Numbered from the stretch's first letter, positions 9,188-17,841 are shown. The stretch is DNA of 64,000 nt from an uncultured Planctomycetota bacterium (GCA_963845755.1 CAWJTV010000031.1:160001-224000), one strand, 5' to 3'. Notes: generated from the sequence alone by a model not told the origin. Numbers and translations are program-made.

Positions 9188-10546
9188 CTATTCCGCGTGG
9201 AATTTTTGGTTCTTAAGGGCCTCTTCCGGCTTACGAAACTCGTATTCCACCTTTCCGTCTTCCTCAATCTCCCGAACCCCTTCGAGAACGATCTTGTCTT
9301 TCACATCAATTCCGCTATTGATGACAAAAACGTCCTCCAGTTCGTGCTGGATGGTGATCAGGTGCCGCTTCGCCTTGTCATCCTCGCCGACGACCCAAAC
9401 GTATCGCTTGTCGAGGAGCTCGAACGTCGCCCGCTGTGGGATGACCAGAGCATTCTTGAGCGTTCGGTGGATCTGGATGGTGCCGGTCTGACCGTGACGC
9501 AGCAGGCCGTCCGGGTTCGGGAAATCCGCCCGGAACGGGATGTTCCCCATCGTGTTGTCGAATTGGCCCTCGATCGCACCGCTGCCGTTGCCCATCTTGC
9601 CGGGATACGGGAACTTATCCTGGTTCGCCAGCACGAGTTCGATTCTGTCCTCGGCCTCATGCTGCTTCCGGTGGGCCATGTATTCGAGGTATTGTTTCTC
9701 GGGTACGTTGAAATAGACCCACATCACGCTGTTATCGGACAAGGTCGTGAGGATGTCCCCCTCCTTGACCAGGCTGCCGAGCTGCTGGCGCTGGCGGTTG
9801 ACGATGCCGTCGAAAGGTGCCTTGACCTTGGCAAAGTTCAATTTGGCCTCCGCCACCTCTAACTTGGCCTGGGCCTTGGCCAGTTTGGCCTTGAACAGTG
9901 CCACCTCATTCGGAGAGATACCGTTTTTCTTGGCCAACGTCTCGGAATAACTTAACTCCATTTTCGCGAAGTTTTTCTCGGCCACCGCGGCTTCCCACTC
10001 TGCCTTGTAAAGAATTGCCAAGGTCTCGAACATCACCTCGCCCTCTTTCACTCGCTGGCCTTCCTTGATCAGGATGGACTTGAGATACCCGTCCTCCAGT
10101 GCACAGACATCAATATGTTGTCGCGAGTGGATCTGGCAGACATATTGCTGGGTGATGATGACCTCTTTTGAGATCGGGGTGGTGACCCAGATCTTCTGTT
10201 CCTCAGCATGGGCCTCCCCCTCGGGCTGGTGAGAATTCGATCCATGCTGCCCGACGATGCGCCCTTTTAATTTCTCGACGTGTACGCTCAGGGTATCAAG
10301 GTGCGCGTAAAGCGTGGAAGTGTTCAGCGACGGGATGTCCACGCGCATCTTGTACAGGCCGAAGACCCCGCCGCCGATCAGGGCGGCGACCAGCAACAAG
10401 GCCATCACCAGCCGTCCCGTGACGGACGACTTCTTGGCTCCAGCATGTTCGATGCGACCTTGGTCGATGGGCGAGCCGTTGAGCTCGATCGATCGATGAT
10501 CAACAAACGTCTCATTGACCATGCCGGACTCAGCAACCCGATTCAT
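9188..10546 (-). CDS. RND periplasmic adaptor (MFP)
   Basis: Lipoyl halves flank an intact alpha-helical hairpin; APFDG and ADFPNPDGLLRHG motifs. Start chosen at ATG 10546 behind a caggag RBS rather than the ORF-track start at 10906. Confidence 0.9.
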   Translation of the reverse strand: MNRVAESGMVNETFVDHRSIELNGSPIDQGRIEHAGAKKSSVTGRLVMALLLVAALIGGGVFGLYKMRVDIPSLNTSTLYAHLDTLSVHVEKLKGRIVGQHGSNSHQPEGEAHAEEQKIWVTTPISKEVIITQQYVCQIHSRQHIDVCALEDGYLKSILIKEGQRVKEGEVMFETLAILYKAEWEAAVAEKNFAKMELSYSETLAKKNGISPNEVALFKAKLAKAQAKLEVAEAKLNFAKVKAPFDGIVNRQRQQLGSLVKEGDILTTLSDNSVMWVYFNVPEKQYLEYMAHRKQHEAEDRIELVLANQDKFPYPGKMGNGSGAIEGQFDNTMGNIPFRADFPNPDGLLRHGQTGTIQIHRTLKNALVIPQRATFELLDKRYVWVVGEDDKAKRHLITIQHELEDVFVINSGIDVKDKIVLEGVREIEEDGKVEYEFRKPEEALKNQKFHAE

Positions 10547-10916
10547 TGCAAGGCTCCTGTTCGACTCTACTCGACGCTGTCCCGATATCTTGGGCAAGAA
10601 AACGCGGTGTGGAATTGGAGGGATTCGAGTACGGAAGGCGATCCGACTCGGTTCGAGGCCGTGGGAGGCGAGGTGGCGCCTGCAAACGCGGGATGATCTT
10701 CTGACCAGGTCGTCGATCGTGGACGTCGGCGTCTGGGTGAGGCCGAACCGACATCCATGAGGGACGTCGAACCCATGCCAGGACCTGGACATTGGCGAGG
10801 CACGGATTGGCCGAGTCGGCGACGTTGATTGCACACCATCCCTCTGGCCGGGCCTGGACGACGCATGAACGACCGGCGACACATCGGCCGGTAATCCGGC
10901 GGCCATCAGAGTACGA

Positions 10917-11282
10917 TCAACAGCGGAGAGGGTAAAGGGAGAGGATCGAGTGGGGGGCGACTAACTGGCGATCGGCGACCTTGCGGAAGGAACAAGGGAT
11001 TAGTAAGGCAACCCGAGGCCCGTCCAGAGCATCAGCCCGCTCCTGCTCTTCACTTTCGGAAGGAAGGGCATCCACCTCCAGGACAGCGTCGGTCGCCATC
11101 GCTGCGCTGAGGTCGGTCGTAGGTTGGCCCAGGGGTAGGACGAAATTACGGCGGAGGCAATCGAGCCGGGTCGAGAAGGAGACGAACCCCGTTGTCCGGA
11201 TCGGCGCAACCAGCACCGACCCCAGTAGCGCCAGCAAGGATGCGAGCCAGAGCGTGGAGGCGAGGCTTTTACGGTCGGGCAT
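10917..11282 (-). CDS. Small hypothetical exported/membrane protein ending ...LYPLRC; paralogue of 5154..5540
   Basis: MPDRKSLASTLWLASLLALLGSVLVAPIR...RRNFV...acidic...PLRC. Lies immediately upstream of an MFP gene, like its paralogue. Confidence 0.6.
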   Translation of the reverse strand: MPDRKSLASTLWLASLLALLGSVLVAPIRTTGFVSFSTRLDCLRRNFVLPLGQPTTDLSAAMATDAVLEVDALPSESEEQERADALDGPRVALLIPCSFRKVADRQLVAPHSILSLYPLRC

Positions 11283-11459
11283 AGCCCTTCGCTTCTCGAG
11301 CGTCGTGATTTGAGGCTGACTCGCCCGCCTTCGGCGAGGTGACCCTCGATCAGGTTGCTTCGCGAATTCTCCGGCTGGCCGGGTGAAACCCACGGCCTCG
11401 TAATATATATACTCTGAATCGACGCGCGAAGGGACCCCAAAATTCCGGACAAACAACAC

Positions 11460-11475
11460 ACGATATCCAAGTCGT
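11460..11475. promoter_or_regulatory. Candidate operator (ACGA-N8-TCGT dyad) in the AT-rich divergent promoter region
   Basis: acgatatccaagtcgt lies between the divergent small-ORF/MFP operon and the wHTH regulator. The dyad arms are only 4 bp, so support is weak. Confidence 0.25.
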
Positions 11476-11518
11476 AAAATTTATAGCTTCGCTATCGACG
11501 GAAGTCAAGAGACGGCGC

Positions 11519-11848
11519 ATGGTTGTTCGAAACATGATAAACGATCCCGGATGGACATTCCTGAGTAACCACGCCCGCGTGCTACGTTTCATCGCAAAAG
11601 AGTCCGAAGTGCGCCTCCGAGAAGTGGCACATCGGGTGGGGATTACCGAGCGGGCCGTCCAACGGATCGTGGCCGAGCTCGAGGAGGGAGGTTACCTCTC
11701 ACGTTCGCGCGCGGGGCGGCGGAATCGCTACGAGGCGCACCTGGACCGCGCGATGGGGCATTCGGTCGAGTCGCGCCGCGAGGTGGGCGTGCTCCTCAAC
11801 CTCATCCTCCGGCCCGGCCAACCCGATTTGGGAGGCCCGGAGAGCTGA
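11519..11848 (+). CDS. Small winged helix-turn-helix transcriptional regulator (MarR/AsnC-type HTH)
   Basis: WTFLSNHARVL...RLREVAHRVGITERAVQRIVAELEEGGYLSRSRAGRRNRY is a typical wHTH. The start may instead be ATG 11534. Confidence 0.88.
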   Translation: MVVRNMINDPGWTFLSNHARVLRFIAKESEVRLREVAHRVGITERAVQRIVAELEEGGYLSRSRAGRRNRYEAHLDRAMGHSVESRREVGVLLNLILRPGQPDLGGPES

Positions 11849-12040
11849 CACAGGTCGCGACGAACCTCTCTGGGGCTCGTCGGGAACTGGTCCGAGAGAT
11901 CCCCGGTCGCGACCCGGATCCTCGCCAACCAACGCTTGCAGGGCGTCGAACCCGCATGAGCGATGGACCTGGAAGGCCGTCGCCTGGTCAGTCGCCCCCA
12001 CGCAGAACCCAGGCCTTCTTGTTGTGCTCTCGCCAACCGG

Positions 12041-13930
12041 TCACTTCCCCGACGTCGCCGGCATCGGCGACTCGGCGGGGGGTGTGCTGCCGCCGGTGTC
12101 GTTGACGGCGGGTTCTTGGGTCCCCTGCTGGCCGAACGGGCCAGGCATGCCCGCGGGTGGTGGCGCGGGCGGGAGCGGGGCGAGGTTCCCCGGTTCGGCG
12201 ACGGGCACCGTCTCGGGGCCGGGCGGGGCAACCGCGGGGGCCTCCTCGATCAGGGCCGGGTCGAGCTGATTGACCGGAGGGATGATGATCGTGTCGCCGA
12301 CGGTCAGGCGATCGAAGGCGGGGACGGCATCCTTGTTCGCCTCCCAGAGGGCCTTGCCATACCGGCTCGACCTGTAGTAGAGCAGAGAGATCGTCCGGAA
12401 GTTCTCGCCGGCGCGGACCGTGTGGGTGTACGGGAATTGACCGTGAAAGTCTGTCGGAGTTGAAATCGTCACCACACCACCACCGAGGGTTTGATAGGTT
12501 CTTACGATGGCAGACAGTTGCTCCGTCTTGGTGTCGATCAAGACCACTCTCGCATCCCTGAGGTCACGCTGGGAGAAAAGCACGTCGATGTATTCGATGC
12601 GGGCATTCTGAAAAAGATCCTCGGCGAATTGGACTGCGGAATCGAGCGTTTTCAACTGCTGTTTCTTGATCTCGATGCTGTTGCTGAAGTTCTCCACCAT
12701 GGACACGCTGTTGATAACCTGGGTAAAAGCCTCGAGGATGACGCGCTGGTAGTTGTAGATGGCCTGCAATTGCCTGGCGTTCGCGTCGAGGTACTGGGCC
12801 CTGATCGCTCTCTTGTTGACCAACGGCCCGACCAGGCCACCGGCGATACTGCCAAGTACGGCGTTCGGCTCGAACAGATGATTGAGGAGGAGGGACTGGA
12901 GGCCAACGCCGCTGGCGATCACCAGTTGAGGAAAGAAGTTGACCCGGGCGACCCTCACGTCGAGACCCGCGGCCGCCAGCTCGCGCTCGGCTTGGCGGAT
13001 ATCGGGGCGGTTCTGGAGCAGCTGCGAGGGGAGTCCGATGCTCAGCGGGTGAATTTTCAGATCGTAGAATCCCGAAGAATCGCGTTCGACACGCTGCGGG
13101 TAGCGATTGACGAGGAAGTTGATCCGGTTTTCGCCCTGGATGATCGCCTGATTAATGATCAACTTTTCGCTGTAGTTCCTTTGAACCTCGGCCTGGAAAC
13201 GCAGGACAGCCAGCTCGGTGCTGCGGGCTGCTTCCTTCCTGGCCTTGGCGATCTCGAGGCTTCGCTGGTTGAGCTCGATGATTTGATCCAGATTCTCAAG
13301 CCGTTTGTCGAGCCCCATGAGCCTGTAAAAATTCTCGGCAATGTCTGCGATCAGAGTGGTCACGAAGTAGTTCCGCTTCTCACTGGCGGCGACGTAGCGC
13401 TGCGCCGCCGCGTCCCTGGCATTCCGCAACTGCCTGTAGATGTCCACCTGCCAGGTGAGGTTGAGGCCCGTCCCGAAATTTCCCGACGGATTGGTAAAAT
13501 GCTTCCCGGGGAGATACGGGTCGTCGAGTATGCCGGCTCCTTCTTCCGTGAAGCGGCTGTATCTGTACAGCCCCGTGCCGGCCGCGACACTGACGAAGGG
13601 AAGATACGCCCCTGACCGCGCCAGAACTTCGTTGCCGGCGATCTGGACCTCCTCATTCAGGACCTTCAGCTCCCGATTGTCGAACAATGCCTTTTCAATT
13701 AAATATGTAAGCATGCGATCATTATAAAACTCTTCGATCCCGAGCTGAGACGAGTTTTCCGAGCTGGTCTCTCCCTTGAAGTCGGTCGGCAGGCCTGGTC
13801 CCGGTTCCGGATGACGGAGAGGGGGGATTCCGCAGGACGGCAGAACTAGCAGCATGATGGCGCAAGTGATCGCTCTTGTAATCACGCGCTTTATGTGCTT
13901 TGTGTTCGAAAGCCTCATGAACTGGTTCAT
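12041..13930 (-). CDS. TolC/OprM-family outer membrane efflux lipoprotein with a C-terminal LysM-like domain and Pro-rich tail
   Basis: Lipobox-like LLVLPSC; OEP motifs (ALFDNRELK, LLQNRPDIRQAERELAAA, YQTLGGG), then HTVRAGENFRTISLLYY...LWEAN...LTVGDTIIIPP. Start chosen at ATG 13930 (gagg RBS); 13918 is an alternative. Confidence 0.9.
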   Translation of the reverse strand: MNQFMRLSNTKHIKRVITRAITCAIMLLVLPSCGIPPLRHPEPGPGLPTDFKGETSSENSSQLGIEEFYNDRMLTYLIEKALFDNRELKVLNEEVQIAGNEVLARSGAYLPFVSVAAGTGLYRYSRFTEEGAGILDDPYLPGKHFTNPSGNFGTGLNLTWQVDIYRQLRNARDAAAQRYVAASEKRNYFVTTLIADIAENFYRLMGLDKRLENLDQIIELNQRSLEIAKARKEAARSTELAVLRFQAEVQRNYSEKLIINQAIIQGENRINFLVNRYPQRVERDSSGFYDLKIHPLSIGLPSQLLQNRPDIRQAERELAAAGLDVRVARVNFFPQLVIASGVGLQSLLLNHLFEPNAVLGSIAGGLVGPLVNKRAIRAQYLDANARQLQAIYNYQRVILEAFTQVINSVSMVENFSNSIEIKKQQLKTLDSAVQFAEDLFQNARIEYIDVLFSQRDLRDARVVLIDTKTEQLSAIVRTYQTLGGGVVTISTPTDFHGQFPYTHTVRAGENFRTISLLYYRSSRYGKALWEANKDAVPAFDRLTVGDTIIIPPVNQLDPALIEEAPAVAPPGPETVPVAEPGNLAPLPPAPPPAGMPGPFGQQGTQEPAVNDTGGSTPPAESPMPATSGK

Positions 13931-13990
13931 CCGCCTCGTCCTTGAGGAGTTGCGCTCGTCGGCAATCTCGCCGAAGAAGAAATAGTCGAT
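13895..13990 (-). pseudogene. Relic of the 3' end of an RND permease gene overlapping the tolC-like start
   Basis: Reads YFFFGEIADER[-1 nt]LLKDEADEPVHEAFEH versus YYLFGQLDGGRKLLKDETHGPLSEV at the end of permease copy 2. Shares ctcgtccttgaggagtt with ~5853..5869. Confidence 0.6.
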
Positions 13991-15036
13991 CAACTCCTGG
14001 CTCGTGCACGGCCCATTCATGAGCGTCCTCAGCGAATGGTCGAACAGGCCATGCCCGCGGAGAACTATATATTGATCGACCAGGGCGGGTTGTGACTTTA
14101 GTAGCGGATTGCGCGATTGGGAAAAATGACCGGATCCCCCGGCGCTGAAATCGGAAACATCCCAGCTTTCGCATTTTAGCAATTGCCGGGTTCCAAATAC
14201 GACGCAATTTCGAGGGGCACACGTTCGCTAATCTGGCTCCGGGGCAATCGAAGCGGCCCTTGAGGGCTGGACTAACATCGGGCGTACCCTTGATATCTCG
14301 GCCAGCGCACGTCGAGGCAAGGTCGTACTGAAGTGATGTCAACGCTGATCGACCTCATCGATTATTCGACGATCTCACAGGAACTCTCTGGAAAAGCCAT
14401 TACGTCATCTGACATGCCCCTTTACCCCGTCGGCCGCCAGGCTGCGGACCGATTCTCCGACTCCCGGTGCCGCCTTTTCCCACGCGCTCAGTTCAAGCCC
14501 GAATCGCCACCGTTTTTCATGGCGTGCTGCGTCCGTGCGTCCGTGGTTGTATTGTGACTCGGTCGCAATTCGTCATGACTCGCCCGGTACTCACTCAAGC
14601 CTGGAATTGGGACGTACTCGCCGGACCATCTCCTCGACCCACCGAGGAAGAATCTGAGACGACCCTCTTGATTCCGACGATAACCGGTGTTAGAAGCATT
14701 TCTTTCGCTGAGCGATGAGATTTGTGTCGGTTTTGAATATGTGCGAAAACGCCGCATCGGCGCCGATTGCCGATGAAACCGCATCTCCTGAGTTTTGGCC
14801 GCGCGTTGTTGCACCACCAGGCTGTGATGCAATGCGGAATTGGTGGTACCAGAGGATCGGGAATTCCCTCAAGAATAATGGACGTCCCAACGATGCGCGA
14901 GTGCCAAGATCACAGGACGACGTGCAACATTCCTTGACGCGTCGGTGTACTGGTCGGCTGCCGGTGACTTTCGGGACAGCGAGCCGCTGCCTTGTGGGAT
15001 CAAGCGGTTGATCGAACGAGAACGGGCAGATTCCTG

Positions 15037-15900
15037 ATGGGACCGCTAGAACTCGTCAAACTGGATCGCCTCATGGATCGTTCGAGCGGGAGGTCTGAGA
15101 TCGTGGTTGCCTTGATCGACGGCCCGGTTGTCATCGATCATCCGGGCTTTGCCGCCGGTAACGTGCGCGAGATGGTCGGAACGCGAAATGCAGCCTGCGT
15201 TCGCTCCGCGAGCGCAGCTTGCCTGCATGGAACATTCGTGGCGGGCATACTCTTCGCGAGACGAGGATCAGCAGCACCAGCCATTTGTCCGGCGTGCACT
15301 CTATTGGTACGGCCGATTTTTGGGGAGACCCCCGCCTCGAACGAAGAGATGCCAAGAGCGACTCGGGAAGAAGTGGCGACAGCGATTACCGAATCTGTTC
15401 AAGCCGGAGCGAATGTGATCAACCTCAGTGCGGCATTCGCCAGACCGTCATCGCGAGGTGAACGCTCGTTGGAACTGGCGTTGGATTATGCGGCCAGGCG
15501 GGAAGTTCTGGTTGTCGCGGCCGCAGGAAATCAGGGAACGGTCGGCAGTTCAGCCATCACCCGTCATCCGTGGGTGATCGCCGTGATCGGCTGCGATCAG
15601 GACGGCAGGCCCACGGCGGAGTCGAACCTGGGAAGATCCATCGGCAGCCGAGGGTTGGCCGCTCCGGGACAGAACATCACCAGCCTGGGGACAGACGGAA
15701 GGCCCCAAACGTCCGGCGGTACCAGTGCGGCAGCTCCGTTCGTCACCGGCGCGATCGCCTTGCTCTGGTCGGAGTTTCCCGGTGCCAGCGCCGCCCAACT
15801 CAAGCTGGCCTTGACCCAGGCCGGCCAACCACCGAGAAGAACCATCGCGCCCCCCCTCTTGAATGCCTGGGCAGCGTATGAAGCTATGGCCATCAATTAA
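15037..15900 (+). CDS. S8 subtilisin-like serine peptidase, PatA/PatG-type, stand-alone domain
   Basis: Catalytic motifs ALIDGPV (Asp), HGTFVAGIL (His), AAAGNQG (oxyanion Asn) and GTSAAAPFVTG (Ser). No signal peptide. The DGPV and AAGNQG context plus the adjacent PatG-domain gene point to the cyanobactin protease subfamily. Confidence 0.9.
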   Translation: MGPLELVKLDRLMDRSSGRSEIVVALIDGPVVIDHPGFAAGNVREMVGTRNAACVRSASAACLHGTFVAGILFARRGSAAPAICPACTLLVRPIFGETPASNEEMPRATREEVATAITESVQAGANVINLSAAFARPSSRGERSLELALDYAARREVLVVAAAGNQGTVGSSAITRHPWVIAVIGCDQDGRPTAESNLGRSIGSRGLAAPGQNITSLGTDGRPQTSGGTSAAAPFVTGAIALLWSEFPGASAAQLKLALTQAGQPPRRTIAPPLLNAWAAYEAMAIN

Positions 15901-15915
15901 CCTGGAGGCAGCCCC

Positions 15916-16116
15916 GTGGACCGGCAATTCGACTCGACAAGCGATCGCCAACAGCACCCGACACATCAAGTACGGCTTCCCGGCTTCCTGATCGAAGAAG
16001 AAATCGGGCTCGGCGACGTGATCAAGAAAGCAACCTACGCCATGGGCATCAGGCCCTGCGGCGACTGTGAAAGGCGCGCGGCGGTCCTGAACCGCTGGAT
16101 GACCTTCTCTCGATGA
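15916..16116 (+). CDS. Small hypothetical CxxC protein (66 aa)
   Basis: GGAGG RBS before a GTG start; VRLPGF...IGLGDVIKKAT...IRPCGDCERRAAVLNRW; tightly packed between the S8 and PatG-domain genes. Confidence 0.8.
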   Translation: MDRQFDSTSDRQQHPTHQVRLPGFLIEEEIGLGDVIKKATYAMGIRPCGDCERRAAVLNRWMTFSR

Positions 16117-16145
16117 CAACGGCAACATACAGGAGGGCAACCACG

Positions 16146-17087
16146 ATGGCGCAATCTCAAGCGGAACTTCAAGAGCAAACCGAAACAGCATCACCTCTCC
16201 GGGATGACCCTCCGGCAGCCGTTGCACGTGCCTTCGGCGCCCCGGCCGGTGCCATCTCCCCACAGGCCTGCGCGACTTGCGGAACCGCGATCGCCAGCAA
16301 CGGTGGTCCCGTAACTCCAAGCACCTGGCTCTATGCGATCGGCAACATCGAGGCGCGCTTCCCGTCGCTTTCCCTGGAGAAGGAGTTCGCCCAGGCCACT
16401 GGCCGCGACAACACGTCGGGGCTCACCGACAGACAAGTGTTTCAGGCCGTGCTCTCCAAGCCCGAGAACCGCTACCTGGCGCGCCAGTGCTGCTACATCA
16501 TGATGATCGGTGGGCTCGACACTTACATCCTGGTGCCACGCGAGTACTGGGACGTGGCTCTGCTCGTGGGAACCATCCGCGCCAACCCCAGTCCGATGGA
16601 TCTGGACGTGGTCATCGGCACGAAGGGGCAGATTGCTCCGCCGCAGAAGTGCAACGGTTTGCTGCTTCCCGTCGTGGTCTTCGACCAGCTCTACTCATTC
16701 GACCGCGATGCCTTGATCAAGTCGATCCCGAAGCCGGAGAAGATTTCCGCCAAGGACTTTGCGCCTGCCGCCGAAGAAGTGTTCGACCGCGTCATGCAGA
16801 TCGCCGACAACGCGGGTGCCACCGACGAGCATCGCGCCTTGAACTACCTCGCCGTGCGTTACCCGGCGATCTACGCGAAGGCCGCCGAGTACTTCGCGCA
16901 GAATTGTTCGCTCACGGCGGTGGACGTCCAGGGGTCTCCGCTCAGTGGCGCGCGCAACGTGCTGGACGTGATTTTCTCCTACACCAACCGTAACACCGAC
17001 GTGCTGGAGAAGTGCTTTGTGCGGGTTGACGTGACCGACGAGTTCCCGTTCCTGGTCACCAAGCTGTCACCGTATTACGACCGGTGA
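16146..17087 (+). CDS. Stand-alone PatA/PatG C-terminal (DUF; PatG_D/PatG_C-like) domain protein
   Basis: YAIGNIEARFPSLSLEKEF, NRYLARQ, LDVVIG, NAGATDEHRALNYLA and the C-terminal VRVDVTDEFPFLVTKLSPYYDR match the cyanobactin protease C-terminal domain. AGGAGG RBS before ATG 16146. Confidence 0.88.
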   Translation: MAQSQAELQEQTETASPLRDDPPAAVARAFGAPAGAISPQACATCGTAIASNGGPVTPSTWLYAIGNIEARFPSLSLEKEFAQATGRDNTSGLTDRQVFQAVLSKPENRYLARQCCYIMMIGGLDTYILVPREYWDVALLVGTIRANPSPMDLDVVIGTKGQIAPPQKCNGLLLPVVVFDQLYSFDRDALIKSIPKPEKISAKDFAPAAEEVFDRVMQIADNAGATDEHRALNYLAVRYPAIYAKAAEYFAQNCSLTAVDVQGSPLSGARNVLDVIFSYTNRNTDVLEKCFVRVDVTDEFPFLVTKLSPYYDR

Positions 17088-17118
17088 GACACCCAAAATC
17101 GAGCAGGAGGTACGTACG

Positions 17119-17430
17119 ATGAGTTTTCCCGGATTTGGTGCGCAGAATTCGCTTTACAAATCGACCGGCTCTTACTGGATGGCCGGAAGTTTTGACCACG
17201 CTCAAGGAATCATCCCACAAACGATCACCTGTGGGCCGTGCCAATTGCAGAACAACGCGTGCGTGCGCCAGTGCACTATCTGTATCTTCCACAAGTGTCC
17301 TCCTGGTACGATCAATAGTTGCGACCCCGGCGGTTGCACGACCACGATCGAATCGTGCGCGTCCAGCCAATGTCCACCACCACCGCCGCCGCCGCCGTGC
17401 TGCCCCGCGGGCTGTCAGGGGACATGTTGA
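17119..17430 (+). CDS. Putative precursor peptide: 34-aa leader plus 69-aa core with 14 Cys and a Pro8 tract
   Basis: Strong AGGAGG RBS; MSFPGFGAQNSLYKSTGSY...QGIIPQ followed by a Cys-rich region ending in Cys; last gene of the protease operon. Confidence 0.8.
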   Translation: MSFPGFGAQNSLYKSTGSYWMAGSFDHAQGIIPQTITCGPCQLQNNACVRQCTICIFHKCPPGTINSCDPGGCTTTIESCASSQCPPPPPPPPCCPAGCQGTC

Positions 17431-17841
17431 GCCGACTTTGCGAGTTGTCATTTTGCGGCCGTGGGCCCGAGGGCACCCGAAGGGTCTCCTACTTCGGGCT
17501 CCACGTGTCCTCCCCCTCAATTCAAAGAATTTCGCAACACCTGCTTCGGGCAAACCGGGCGGCCACGGCCCGGTTGCCACACATTCGGGTGACTCCGTAC
17601 CACTAATTTCGAAAAGCCTGTACGCCGTGCACGAATTCATAACGTCTCGAGGTACAAGAGGTTGGGTCGGCAGAAGGCATCGAAGCATTCTTCTCTGTGC
17701 CCTCTGTGACTCTGTGGTGAGTCTCTTTTGATTGGTTGGTTGCGGCTCGGCCGCGCTGTGTTCAATTCGACCGAAGGCCCCCTCGGGCTAACGGTCGGCA
17801 TTCAAGATGAGAGCGCTTCAGGCCGGGGTCGCGCAGACCCG

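Noticed and set aside
14000..15030. Long intergenic region as ncRNA/riboswitch or small gene
   Set aside because: No recognisable RNA motif, RBS-led ORF or convincing structure by eye; an Rfam/Infernal scan is needed.
15037..17430. Calling the operon a classical cyanobactin cluster
   Set aside because: No YcaO/PatD, PatF, PatB/C or oxidase gene in the window, no PatE-type LAELSEE leader or AYD follower, and the protease and DUF are separate genes.
1..17430. RND/TolC locus as the dedicated exporter of the Cys-rich peptide
   Set aside because: Only adjacency supports it. The loci are divergent, ~1.1 kb apart, and HAE1-type pumps export small molecules rather than 7-kDa peptides.
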